64,000 bases of DNA, taken from the NCBI GenBank assembly GCA_951406725.2, contig OX597821.1, positions 117,242,001-117,306,000 on the forward strand, written 5' to 3'. Source of the stretch: Octopus vulgaris. Its lineage: Eukaryota. Position numbers and translations under genes: made by a program. This document shows, piece after piece, positions 25,701-40,188 of the stretch (within the stretch, counting starts at the first letter, position 1; the number at the start of each line of letters is the position of its first letter). Under the pieces are notes generated by a model. The model had not been told where the DNA came from, searched no databases, and worked only from the letters and a program-made list of their open reading frames with translations.

Positions 25701-28700
25701 TACCAGCATGGAAAACTGACAATAAATGACGACGACGATGATGATGCTGATGATGCGTTTGTTGATGCAAAGAGGAAAAGAGAACTCGTTTAAGGGCCAA
25801 GAGTTTTATATGTTACCAATGCATGAAACTTTTGGCCCTTGAGTCACTCTGTAACTGGTGTCAGTAATTAATAAAAAAAAATGTGTGTGTGTGTGTACAC
25901 ACATAGACATTTATACATACACACACACATAGACATTTATACACACACACACACATAGACATTTATACACACACACACACATAGACATTTATATACACAC
26001 ACATATATATACATTTATATACACATAAACATACTTGAAGCATGCATGATTTGTTTTACGTTTTTCTTTTCTTTTTTTTTTTGTTTTTTTTTACAGCTCA
26101 TTTAAACCTTTTGATCTTCGGAGTAATAGGAAGCTGATTATCCGAATGCTAAATCAAGGAAGTCATTAAAAATGATGAGTTTCTTTCATTATCTGTTGGC
26201 GATGGTTTACGGTGGTGACGGTGGTGGTGGTGGTGGTCGGTTCATGAACATTTTGAAATAAATAGTTTAAGGCAAAATGTGGATTTTTATCTTTATTGCA
26301 GCAAATAATTAAATTGAGAAAGAAAATTATTATTTTGGGTAAAATGATTTATAAATCGTGGTAGTAAAGATACATGAGGAAATGAATAAAAATGGAGTCA
26401 CATCCCCAAAGGATGAAATGTGGCCAAGTGAATAAAGGTGAGTTGGGTGTCGAGGCGAAAGGAAGAGTTGATGTTAAGAAGACAGAAATAGGTTTTTTAC
26501 CTTTAGTAATCTCATTGCCAGACAGGAAATTATAAGGGAGTTACCTTTTATCATTTACTTGTTTCAGGTATTAGACTGTGGCCAAGCTGGGGCACCACCA
26601 TGAAAATGCCTTAGTCGAATGAATTGACCTCAGTACTTCTTTTTAAAGTCTGGTATTTATTCTATCAATCTCTTTTGTCAAACTGCTAAGTTACAGGAAT
26701 GTAAACACACCCACACTGGTTGTCAAGCTGAGGTGGGGGACAAACGCAGACACAAAGACACACATTCATAGATATATACATATATACATACATACATCAT
26801 CATCATCGTTTAACGTCTGCTTTCCATGCTAGCATGGGTTGGACGATTTTGACTGAGGGCTGGCGAACCAGATGGCAACACCAGGCTCCAATCTTGATCT
26901 GGCAGAGTTTCTACAGCTGGATGCCCTTCCTAACGCCAACCACTCTGAGAGTGTAGTGGGTGCTTTTTAGGTGCCATCGGCACAAACATATGTGGGCTTC
27001 TTTCAGTCTCCTACGAAATTCACTCACAGGGCTTTGGTTGGTCTGAGGCTATAGTAGAGGACATTTGTCCAAGGTGCATACAATGGGACTGAACCTGTAA
27101 CCACATGATTGGGAAGCAAACCTCTTACCACACATGCCTGTACCTATGAGAAAAATGGAAAAAGTCTCCTACTAAACTGGTGACATAAGGCTTTTCAAAC
27201 CCTGCCAGTGAATAACTGCAGTGCAAACTGCCATTTGCAAAATAGTTTTAAAATGTTAACCAGAGATATGTAGTGTGGTTCACAAACTAGCTTTCCAAAC
27301 ATGTGGTTTTGGGTTCAGTACCACAGTGCTGGAAACCTAGGGCAAAGGGCTGCTACTACAGCCCTGGGCTAACCAATGTCCTATGAGTGAATTTGGTAGA
27401 TGGAAACTGAGTGGAAACCCGTCAATGTATGTATGTGTGTGTGTATGTTTGTCTGTCTTGTGTCTTCCCCACCACCCTATACCACTTGTCAAACAGTGAC
27501 AACTGCTTAATAACTTGTAACTTAGTAGTTCAGCAAAATAAGTACCACACTATCTATATATATATATATATATTTTCCCTATTCTTCTCCTCTCCCCTTC
27601 ACCGTCCCCCCTCTCTCACTCTTCCTCCTTGACTTGTTGCTCACACGTGACCAACGGCTATCTATCATTCTTTCTTCCACTTCCTTCCTAATGACAAGAT
27701 GTGCTTTTGCCTGTCTCTTCTAAAAGCTAGTTTTTCCAGCATTCACCACTTCACATTGTCTCGGCTTAACAACCCTCACTGTTTGTTTTTTACTGTTTTG
27801 TTCTCACTGTCCTGTTTTTTGTTACCACTTTAACCCTCCGCAAAAAAAATCCCAAATTTTATTTAATTTTCTTTGCAGGAAGGACTACTTTAACGAAGTC
27901 GCATCTTGTCTCTACCTTCAAAACGCTGATTAGATAAAACAGGGGACAATATTCTTTATGTTGCTTGTCTCGTTTCTCTATTTGTTTCTTCTGTTGTTCG
28001 AAAAAGAGTTTGTTTTCTATGTTTTTGTTTTTATGTTCTTGTTTCTCATTTTGTTCACATTTTTTTTGATGTCCTATACCCATTTATGCATGTATATATA
28101 TATACATATATTTATATATTATTTATATTATATATATATATATATATGAAAGCATAAGCATATTTCTCTAGCTTAAAGCATATCAACATCATGAAGCAGT
28201 GCTCGTCTATCAACGGTGATCTGGCAGACATACACATCTCCAGAGGTTGGGTGTTTTATTGATGCTTATGTGAGGTTGTTCTTGAAAGCCATGTTAAAGC
28301 AGACATCAGGGATGATCTAAAGATGTGGGTGATACACAACTAAGAAAAACCCACAAAGGATGGAAGATTACAGTAAGAGTTAAAATCTGAGAGAAACTGA
28401 AAATGAACATCAGGTAAAATGGAATGTGTGAAGGTGAGTGACCTAGTGGTTAGGCTGTTGCACTCGTAAGCACAGGATTATGGGTTTGATCCCCAGATTG
28501 GATGTGTATTGTGTTCTTGAGCTAAACACTTTATTTCACATTGCCTCAGTCTACTCAGCTGTAAATGGGTTTATCCTGTGACAGACTGGCCCTCCAATCA
28601 GAGGGAATGTTAGTTTGCTTCAAAGCTAAAATGATGTAAAGTGCATCGTGACCAGTGATGTATAACAACATTCAAACAGTGTGGTCGATCATGTAATCAT

Positions 28701-29847
28701 GTGAAAATGAAATATCTATTAAAAAAAAAGAAAAAAAGATTTTGCTCTGGAGAAACAGAATAATGAAAGTAAAAAGTAAAAAAGAAAATTAGAATAAGTT
28801 TTCACTGTGATATTTGGTTGCAGAAAAAAAAAGGAGGAGGAGGGGGTAGCTGGCAAATTTATTACAAAGTCAGACAAAATGTCTCATGGTATTTGTTCCA
28901 CCCATTTACATTCTGAGTTCAAATCTTGCTGAGGTCAATGTTTGGGTGAGGATCACAGGAACATATAGATAGGATCGTTGAAGTTAGTGTGAACATTTTT
29001 AATGCAGGGAGCATCAAAAGACCTAGCTGAACAAAAGAAAGAAAAACAAAAAGAAAGAGAAAGCGACTATTGTGAGGGTATATGTGGTGGCGTTGGGAGA
29101 TAAATTATTCAGAGAGAAAAGGGAGAAGACAACACTTGAAGTTAAGCCAGTGCAGTTTGCGGCCTATGATTGAGAGACCATAAACTGCTCTGCACTAATA
29201 TTGATTTGATAAATATTGATAGTGGAAGAGAGAGACATGGTTGGATAGGATAGGGTATATTAAACAGCTGTTGACATTTGTTGTAGCTTGGAAAGAGTTT
29301 AACCTTTTTTGTAATTATGTTTCAAATGAATTACATGTGTTGATACATTTCAATTTTTTATTTTAACCCTTTAGCATCTGGCCTGAAATGGTGCATTTTA
29401 TGCTTAAACTGGGCAGATCTGACCTCTTACATGTACACGATAATGTCATCCAAAACACAAACAGTGATATCATTGAAATTTCAAAGCTACAAAATAATGC
29501 ATAATTAATTCAGAACAAAATGAAGGAATAAGCAATACATTTGGCATGGAAATCTGAAATAATGGCTGTGTGGTAAGAAGCTTGCTTCCCAACCACAGGG
29601 TTCTGGGTTCAGTCCCACGGTGTGGCACCTTGGGCAAGTGTCTTCTACTATAGCCTTGGGCCAACCAAAGCCTTCTGAGTGGATTTGGTAGACAGAAACT
29701 GAAAGAAGCCTGTCTCATATATATATATACATATATATATATCACGTGACCGACCAGACCATCAGATGTTGTTACACATCGCTGGTCACAATGCGTTCGC
29801 ATTGTTTTAGCCTTTGAATGACGCCACCCCGCTGGCTAAGCGAGCAG

Positions 29848-29899
<52 letters not shown>

Positions 29900-29953
29900 A
29901 TATGCGATTTTTTTGTCTGTCTTTCTTTTCTATTGGACTTTCCTCTGTCTCCT

Positions 29954-29988
29954 GTTTCTGAAGAAGAGCTTTGCTTGAAATGTAAAAC
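29954..29988 (+). ncRNA. Decayed minimal hammerhead ribozyme motif
   Basis: GTTT-CTGAAGA-A-GAGC-TTT-GCTT-GAAA-TG-TA-AAAC: stem I GTTT/AAAC, GUA triplet; stem III ATGT is consistent with C>T decay of ACGT. Confidence 0.5.
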
Positions 29989-31233
29989 CGCCTTTCTTTC
30001 CTTCCCTGAGCATCTGCTAATACTTTACATGTACCATGTCCTCTTGTTGTTGTTTTTTTTGTTTGTTCTTCGTTTTTTGGGGATTTACTATATATATATA
30101 TATATATATCGCCATGATAGATCGCTAGCCACTATACATTCTTTATTTTCTCTCCTTGTTTCTTTCTGTGTTCCATTCTGTGGAAGAGCGTAGGCTTGAA
30201 ACCTTAAAGACTTTTTCACTTCCCGAGCATTATACTAATACATCTGTTTGTTGTCTACACCACCTGTCTTCGTCTTTTTTTTTTTGTGAATTCTCCCTAT
30301 AAATATTTGTATATACATTTTGGTTCAAATTTGTGTGAATGTGTATAGATTAATATATCAGTTGAATAAAGTTAAAACATAGGTCTGGTTTGCACGTTTT
30401 TTAATATAGCATTTTAACATTAAAGAAAAATTTTGTAATGCTCATAAAGTCAAATCGGCGCTTTCATACATAGAGTAATCATCAGATTTCAAATGTATTT
30501 AGCTGTGTGTGTGTCTGTGCTTGTTTCCACCACCATCGCGTAACTTAGCAAATTGCCACATCTCTCAGTCCTCAGCATCCAAAGGACCTTTCTTACCACT
30601 TTGTCCCACATTTTCCTGGGTCTATCCCTTCCACAGTTATCCCATGTGTGTGTGTGTGTGTATGTGTCTTTGTGTTTGCCCCCTCCCTACGGCTTTACAA
30701 CTGGTGTTGGTTTGTTTACGTAACTTAGCAGTTTGGCAAATGAGACTAACATGAATACCAGACTCAAAAAAAGATGTACTGGGCTTGATTTGTTTGGCTA
30801 AACCCTTCAAGGAAGTGCCCCAGCATGGCCACAGTCTAATGACTAAAATAAGGAAAAGATAATGGATAAAAGAAACATATAAACTGAAAGTCAGTCTCTC
30901 TCTCACCCTTACTCTCCCTCGCCCTTTCCTCTCTCTCTCTCCCTTACTCTCTCTCTCACCGTTCACTCTCTTTTGCCCTTACTGTGTCTCTCCCTCTCAC
31001 TTACTCTCTCTTTATCATCCTTTTCTTTCTCTCTCCCACTCTTCTTTTTCTCTCTCTCTCATCCTTCTCTTTCTCTCTCTCACCCTTACCCTCTCTCTTA
31101 CCCTCTATTACTCTCTCTCATCCTCTCTCTCACCCTTACTCTCCTTCTCTCACGCACCCTTACACACACACACACTCTCTCTCTCTCTCTCTCTCTCATG
31201 CACCAAGTAAATAAGAGAAAAAAGATGCCTTAC

Positions 31234-31315
31234 ATGATCAATGCCTCCCATTCGAAAAAATTCTCTTCACTAACAGGACCTGCAATAATACCTTCGGGAG
31301 GATTCAGGGTCAGCT
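31234..31315 (-). CDS. UBE2G2: Ubiquitin-conjugating enzyme E2 G2 (Ubc7 family), coding exon 2 (first exon found in window)
   Basis: Minus strand: polypyrimidine tract and tctag|AG CTG ACC CTG AAT CCT CCC GAA GGT..., encoding (Q/E)LTLNPPEGIIAGPVSEENFFEWEALI(M), then |GTAAG. 82 nt; matches the UBE2G2 N-terminal region. Confidence 0.95.
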
Positions 31316-31563
31316 CTAGAAAAGAGAAAAGAGAAAAAAAACATCAATTCAGTCAAAGAAACAACAAAAAAGGGGTCAAAATAAATGAAGATTTTAAATC
31401 TATTGTTGGTATTTTTGTTTACATTTTAATACAATAAACAATGTGGAGGAAGGGGTTTGTTGTCCATGGCCTGGCCTTCTTTGTCTGCTCTATATATTAT
31501 GGACAACAAACAGGATATGTATTAAATACAATCAGTATTTCATATGTCTCATTAAAATATATC

Positions 31564-31598
<35 letters not shown>

Positions 31599-31685
31599 TA
31601 ATAATAATAACAGCCAAGGTTGTTGGTACTAGAATTTTTTTTTTCTGATGTTACTTAATCCAGAGAGGTAGAGAGAGAGAGAGAG

Positions 31686-31721
<36 letters not shown>

Positions 31722-33090
31722 GGAGATGAGAGGTGAATTAGCTAGGAGCATCATCACCATAACCACACCAATACTTAAAACAGTGGACACGAAACCTCAT
31801 TGAATCATTGAATCAAATTAAACTGATTAATAAATTATGAGAGAGACTCAGTCTAAAAACAAAAAAAGGGGGGGGGGGGAGAGAAACAAAAAAAAAAAAA
31901 CCAAATTGAACTGGTTTCGCTGAATGTGAAATCATCTTCACAGTCAATTAACTATTCTGCCTGGCATTCAGTATCTTTATGGGTGCAAAGGACTGCGTTA
32001 TCTAATGTGTCCTTTCCATGCAGACTTAGTAGCTATTTCCAGCAGGATTGGTGACCACATTAGAAGCTTCTTAGCTGGCCACATCATCATCATCATCATT
32101 TAGTGTCTGTTGTCCATGTTGGCATGGGTTGAATGGTTTCAAATGGTTTCATAAATGCACCAAGGTGCATTTATGTGCCACCAGCACCGGTGCCAATTTG
32201 AGTGACACTGGTATCTGCCACGACTGTTCAGCTTGATGGGGCTTGATGGGTCTTCTTCTCAAGCACGACACAATGCCAAAGGTCTCAGTCATTGCTTCTG
32301 TGAGGCCTGTCTATAATAATCTTTTATATTCAACTGAACTGTGTCCATGCTGGGGCACCACCTTGAAGGATTTTAGTCGAATAGATCAACTTGAAACCTG
32401 CTTTTTTTAAAGTCTGGTTACTTACTCTATTGATTTATTTTGCTGAACTACTAAGTTACAGGTGGTGTAAAGAAACGAACATCATTGTCAAGTGGAGGTG
32501 GTGGTGGGGTCAAACATAGGTCCAAAGACACACACACACACACGACAGATTTCCACATAGTTTCAGTCTACTGAAGTCACTGGTTGGCTTGGAGCTTGCT
32601 TAAGGTGTTGTGCAGTGGGAATGAACCTGAAACCATATGGTTGCAAAGCAAGCCTCTCAACAAACAACCATGTCTGCCCACCTGCCTACCTCCCTCCTGA
32701 CCTACCTATTTATGCATCATCATCATTTAACGTCCGTTTTCCATGCTGGCATGGGTTGGACGGTTTGACAAGAGCTGGTAAGGCCAGGAGTCACACCAGG
32801 TTCCATCCACTGTCTGTTTAGGCATACCGTCCAACCCATGCTAGCATGGAAAGTGGACGTTGAACAATGATGATGTTGATGATGATATATATAAAGACAG
32901 GATGATCACAGCTGGGGCATCTTTAGTGATAGTAATATTTCCCCTTGGTCAGACATATAATATTCTGCTTTTCACAGAAGGCTGGAACCAACAACCTTGC
33001 TTGTATGATGATGATGATGATGCTTATTTACAACCATCATGTGAAGTTTAAACAAGACTACACACAGACATAAACTACATATGTCTTCTC

Positions 33091-33135
<45 letters not shown>

Positions 33136-36100
33136 TATATATATATATATACGATGGGCTTTTTTCAGCTTCTGTTTACTGAATCCACTCACAAGATGTT
33201 GGTTGACCCAGGGCTATAGTAGGAGTTCAAGGTGTTGTGCAGTGGGACTGAACCGAAGACCACATGCTTGGTAAGCAAGCTTCTTAACCACACAGCCATG
33301 CCAGTGCATAAATTCATTGAAGTTACAGAGTTGTCTCCCCTGCCTTTTTTGGCCAGAACTACTAATTTAGAAAAAACGATTGTTCTCATCAATAAGGATG
33401 TCGGGGGGGGGGGTTAATTAGATAGAAATTTCTTGGCTCACTCCATCAAGAAATGCCAGCAGCCACTTTGCTTTTAATCTAAATTACAAGACACATTCAC
33501 CTTTACATACCTAAACAACAACAAGGCATAATGAGCAACGAATTTACAACCCCCCACCCCCACAATACACTTAGTAATTCTCAGTGGAAAGAGTGGGGGG
33601 TGGGGTGTCAGACATTCTTGTTAAAACCCCCACTCATAAACAGGGGTGTTAGGGGTTAGGGAAAAAAAAGTGATTGGGACCAATTTCTGAGGTATGGTAA
33701 TCATTCATTTTATTTATCTCCCTTAGCCCCCCCCCACCTCCGTCGCTCTTTTCTTCTCCTCTCTTTGTCTCTCAATTGGTTCATTGTCTTCTCCCCCATC
33801 TAAAAAAAATTAAAAAAACAAAAAAAAAACTAAAATGAAACAAACCAAAAGCAAAAGACAATACCAGCCCCTCCACAGTCCATTCCTTCCCCCCCCCCCT
33901 CGCCCGCTCTTTCCTATATTACTCCTCCTTTTACTAAGTCATAACCTCTCGTCCCCCACCCCACACCACCCTCCCACTCTACTCCCTATTCCCTTTGCCT
34001 CTTCCTTCAACCTGCACCACCTTTCTCACCACCATCACCATCACCACCACCTTTTCCTTTTCTGTAATAATTATCTACTCCCTTTTCCCATGTCACTGCT
34101 CACTCTGTCTCTCCCTCCTCCCCCTCTCTCTCTCTCTCTCGCACTCTGTCTCCCCTCCCCCCCACCCTCACATACTCACAGACCACATACAGATAGTACA
34201 CCATCACTGAGCCATGTAATTGTGAGAAAGCCGATGCTGGCAATATTTCCCTGTTAATCTATAAAGCCTACTGACCCAAACAGTTAAACTGTGCACTAGC
34301 AGGCAAGCCGGCTGGCTGGCTGGCTGGCCGGTCGGTCGGTCGGTCGGTCGAGCCTGTCAGTTGGAACAGGTTTTCTCAGGGGACTTCTTTATTTACTCAT
34401 CTACTGCCTTCCCATTACCAATTTCTTACAACCACCTCCCCACATTAGGTACTAACCGGTATGTGTGTATCTCTCTCTCTCTCTATGTATATATATATAT
34501 ATATATATATATACATGCATTTAACACACATAGAGATGCGTATTAAACTGAATTCAATTTATTGCTGATTAATGAAGGGCAAAACTGCCTATATATCATC
34601 ATCATCATCAAATTGTTAGGTTTTCCTTGCTGGCATGGGTTGGACAGTTTGACAGCAGTTGGCAAGGCCAGGAGCCACACCAAGTTCCATTGTCTATTTT
34701 GTCAGTTGGATGCCCTGCCTAACGCCAACCACTTTACAGAGTGTAAATGGGTGCCTTTTACGCGGCACCAGCACCAGTGCATTTTATGTGGCGCCTTCAT
34801 CAACAGGGTTGCCAAGTACCTTGCAAGACAAAAACTTCCTCAACTAGGAGCGAGAGGGGGTAGTATTGAAGTGGGATGGGTGTGGGTGGCTTTGTACCTG
34901 TTGATAGATTAAAAGTATAAAGGAACAAAGATGGGTGTCTTGCTGTAGAGTAGACGTATGGATACCCCAGATGTAAAAGAAACGAAAGTGAATGAATGTC
35001 TACATTTATAAACAAAGGATCTGGTGCCAAAATAAGATAGCCACTCATAAGAGATAACGTTTCTACAGCTGGATGTCCTTCCTAATGATAACCACTTTGA
35101 GAGTGTAGTGGGTGCTTTTTACGTGCTACTGGCATTGGAGCCAGTCAGGCGTCAGCCACACTTGAATGATGCTTTCTACGTGCCACTTAGCCGGCACTGG
35201 CATCGGCCACGACTATGATTTCACTCGGTTCAATTTACTGCTGATTAATGACGGGCAAAACTATAAAACCATGACAGGAGTAAATCTCCTGTATATCAAC
35301 ATAGAGTGTTGTGCATAGTATTTTGAAATTGTTTTGCATCCTAGCACAAATATTTGCAATATGATTAATCATCATCATCATCGTTTAACGTCCGCTTTCC
35401 ATGCTAGCATGGGTTGGACGATTTGACTGAGGACTGGTGAACCAGATGGCTGCACCAGGCTCCAATCTGATCTGGCAGAGTTTCTACAGCTGGATGCCCT
35501 TCTTAATGCCAACCACTCCGAGAATGTAGTGGGTGCTTTTACGTGCCACTGGCATGAGGGCCAGTCAGGTGATACTGGCAATGGCCACACTCAAATGGTG
35601 TTTTTTATGTGCCACCTGTACAGGAGCCAGTCCAGCGACGCTGGCAACGACCTTGCTTGGATGTTTTTTCACATGCGTCCAGCACAAGTGCCAGTAAAGT
35701 GACGCAAGTAATGATCACGCTCGAATGGTGCATTTTACGTGCCACCGGCACGGAAGTCAGTTTGTTGCTCTGGCAACAATCACGCTAGGATGGTACTCTT
35801 AGTGCTCCACTAGCACGGATGCCAGTCATTGAATTTGATTTCGATTTTGATGATTGTGCAATGTAATTGTGGTGAGCTGGAAGAACCCTTATCGCAGCAG
35901 ACAAAATGCTTGATAGAATTTCTTTGGTCCTTATGTTCTGAGTTCATGTGTCACTGGGGTTGACTTTACCTTTTCTTTTTTAAGGGACAATAAAATAGAT
36001 ATCAGTTGACCACTGAGGCTGATGGAATTGACTAAACCCGGCTCTGAAATTGCTGGCCTTGTGCCAAAATTTGAAACTTATACAAATGAGCATCTGTGTG

Positions 36101-36401
36101 TGTTGGACTGTGGGACCACAACCTTGTCACAAGAGGGTGCATGCGTTGAAGTATCGCGTTCGGTTTGCACAACAGTTTGTGCTGTGTATCTGTTCATGAG
36201 AGCATGTACGCATGTTTTATGGCTGACTTGCAATCAAATGTGTGCAGACGTGGCTGTGTTGGTAAGAAGTTTGCTTCCCAACCACATGTTTCTGGGCTCA
36301 GTCCTACTGCGTGACACCTTGGACAAGTGTCTTCTACAAAAGCCTTTGGCCGACCAAAGCTTAGTGAGTGGATTTGGTAGACGGAAACTGAAAGAAGCCC
36401 G

Positions 36402-36452
<51 letters not shown>

Positions 36453-39047
36453 GATAGAAGATGACAGTATGTATGCGTGTCTATGTTTGTCCCTCCTTCC
36501 ACTGCTTGATAACCGGTATTGGTGTGTTTATATCCCCATAACTTAGCAGTTCAGCAAAAGAGATTGATAGAATAAGTACCAGGCTCAAAGAAAAAAAGTC
36601 CTGGGGCCAATACATTCGACTATAAATTCTTCAAGGTGGTGCCACAGCATGGCCGTAGTCTAATGAGTGAAACAAGTAAACGATGAATGCATTTAGCAAA
36701 GGTAGCGTAATGTTCTGCCAAGGTACCCGAGCAAAACATTATGCTATGAGAGTTTACAGTGCTATGGAAGTGAATGCACATTACATTAACTATATACCAG
36801 GCATGGTGGCTGTGTGGTTAAGAAGATCGTTTTGCAATGGGTAGGCTTGGGTTCAGTCCCACTATGCATCCCTTTGGGTAAGTGACTTCTACTGTAGCTC
36901 TGGGCTGACCAATGCTGTGTGAGTGCATTTGGCAGATAGAAACTGTGTGGAAGCCTATCATATATTTGTATGTGTGTGTGTGTGTGGGGGTATCTTTGTG
37001 TGTGACCCCCTCCTTTGCCACTGACACTACTTGACGACCAGTGTTTTTATGTTTACATCCCCCAAAACTTAGTATATTCAACAAAAGAGACAAATAGAAT
37101 AAGTTACAGACTTGAAAGCAAAAAGAAAAAAGAACCCCAAAAAACAAACTGCTGGGGGATGATCAATCTGACTAGAACCCTTCAAGATAGTGTCCCAGTA
37201 TGGCTGCAGTCCAATGACTGAAACAAGCAAAAGAAAACACACACACAAAGAAAATGTCGTTTTTAAAAGATGAGAGAAAATGTTTCTCTCCTAAAAGTGC
37301 CAAAACACTCACAGAAACACATTCTCCACAGTGTCCTTTGAATCACCTATTGATTCCAATTGTGCCCTCAAACAAACCTCCTGCCCAATGAGTTATAATA
37401 GAAATGGCTGAGTATTCCACAGGCACAAGCACCATTGAAACTAATGTCTGGGCAGTTTCAACTTCATCTGATAGTTGTGTAAACCAGCATCCTCAACATA
37501 CAAGTAATGTTGTTAGATTCCACTCTCCCAGGGAGGGGCAATATTACCTTGCTTGAAAACAAGTGAGGGTTAGCAGCAAGAAGGGCAATTTGGCCATAGA
37601 AAAATCTGCCTCAGCAAATTTTGTCCGACCCATGCAAGCATGGAAAAGTGAACACTGATTTATGACAATGACAACATGTATATATATATTTGCACAAATG
37701 TATTTTGTTGCTATTATGTCATGTGTTCAAAATGTTGCTTTTTTCAGAAAATGAGAAAATAGTTTCACCATTCCATAGCATAAACCGTTGTACTCCACTT
37801 TGACAAGTTTTGATATCTTGGCATCGGAAGCAGCTGGAGGTACGATAGTTTGACCAAAAGAAAAGGTTATTGCAAGCAAAAATAAATATTGAAAAAAAAA
37901 ATGCATTTGGCCAAATTTGGACATACAACAACTTAACATAATAGCAATGATTTCTTTTTCATGAAACAGAAATGGTGATGTGGGGGTCATTTTAAGGTTT
38001 TCCTATTGACAAGAAGCTGGAAACAATTTCACTTTGAAATTGGAGGGCTGTTTGTATACAATATACATGTGCACTGTATATAAACATGGGTACTATATAT
38101 TCGTATATACAAAGATCTCATTTGATTTCTCATTTATTTATTTTATTAGGCTGTGCCCATGCTAGGGCACTGCTTTCAAGCATTTTTTAAGCCTGGTACT
38201 TATTCTATCAGTCTTTTGCCAAACTGCTAAGTTACACACCAAAACCAACTGACTAGTGGTGGTGGGGGACAAATACATAAACAAAGATACATACACACAC
38301 AATGGGCTTCTTTCAGTTTCCATCAACCAAATCCACTCACAAGCCCTCAGCTGGCCTGAGGCTATAGAAGATGATACTTGCCCAAGGTGCCACACAGTGG
38401 GACTGAACCTGGAACCATGTGGTTGGTAAGCAAACTTCTTACTACATAGCCATATTGTCTTTACCAATATATATATATATATGCATATGTGGGTACAGAA
38501 TGTCACCAATGGTTCGAACATGAAATACATAAACAAACGAGTTTAATCAACAAGAAATAATGGAAAACAGGACAAGTAAACACAGAGAAAGGACCCTTCA
38601 TCAGTTGTCGGCTGTCCATCTATTCCTCATTTCGAGCATTCAATGACAAGATGAGTCTTCAAAGACAGTTGCTCCCATAAGGTCTAAAATAAAATTTAGG
38701 ATTTATGGAGGATCAGAGTTGGGAAGAAAAACATGGCAGTGGGGACATACAAGGAAAGCAAACAAAAACAAACATGGAGGGTCATTAGACCAGAACAAGA
38801 ACACACACACACACACACATATATAGATAGATATATCTGTATTTCTCTCCTTCCTGTTAGGTGGCACAAACACTGACATACACATGTACACACATAATGG
38901 AAACTTCTGCCTACCAAATTCAGTGACAAGGCTTCAGTTGGCCCAAAGCTATAGCAGATGACACTTGCCCAAGGTGCCATGTAGCAGGACTGAACCTGAG
39001 ACAATGTAGCTAAGAAGCAAGCTTCCTAACCACACAGCCATGCCTGC

Positions 39048-39081
<34 letters not shown>

Positions 39082-39287
39082 ATATATCTATATATATATA
39101 TATATATATATATATTACAAAGTGAGATAGGGGTTGTGATTGTAACCCTCTATGGGATAACATATATCCAATATACTGCCAGTAAAGCACCCAGAAATGC
39201 TAATACATAAATGCTAAGAATTGCAATGCAATTAATTCATTTATTGTATTATATGGGCGAAGGTAAAATGTTTTACCTCAAATTCAT

Positions 39288-39722
39288 AATACAAAATAAG
39301 AAAATGGAGGATTATATTTAAATCAATCATCAACTCCTAGATAATACCAATTCATATAATTTATTAACTAATTATATAGGAACATCCAGATCAAACATAA
39401 TAATACAGAATAAAACAGTACACATCAATGAGTAATATAATACCATATGTACAATATGTATAAATAAATATAAATATAAAATTGATCTTACAGCTGTTTC
39501 AGCCATGTAGATAAGAGTATCTCATTATGCTCATATTAGCCAGGTGTATTAAGGTAATATGTGGTTATAAATGAGATACTTATATATATATCCCAAGGCC
39601 TCTTATTCTGTATTATAATGTTTGATCTGGATGTTCCAATATAATTAGTTAATAAATTATATGAATTGGTATTATCTAGGAGTTGATGATTGATTTAAAT
39701 ATATTCCTCCATTTTCTTATTT

Positions 39723-39727
<5 letters not shown>
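39288..39727. repeat. ~125-bp near-perfect inverted repeat (Penelope-type fold-back)
   Basis: ~39288-39412 is the reverse complement of ~39603-39727; the spacer carries GGCTGAAACAGCTGTA on the minus strand. Confidence 0.85.
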
Positions 39728-39757
<30 letters not shown>

Positions 39758-39974
39758 TTTTACTTGTTTCAGTCATTTGACTGTGGCCATGCTGGAGCAC
39801 CACCTTTAGTCAAGCAAACTAACCTGATGACTTATTCTTTGTAAGCCTAGTACTTATTCTATCGGTCTCTTTTTGCCAAAACGCTAAGCTATAGGGAAAT
39901 AGACGCACCAGTATCAGTTGTCAAACAATGTTGGTGGTGGGTGGACAAACACAGGCACAAACATATATACAAAT

Positions 39975-40033
<59 letters not shown>

Positions 40034-40155
40034 TATATGTGTGTGTGTGTATATATATGTATATATGTATGTATATATATGTGTGTGTATATATATGTGT
40101 ATGTATATATATATATGTTTATATATATATGTGTGAGTGTGTGTGTATATATATA

Positions 40156-40188
<33 letters not shown>

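Noticed and set aside
37719-37990. Overlapping 70-87 aa ORFs
   Set aside because: No recognisable motif or splice sites; likely a DNA transposon remnant.
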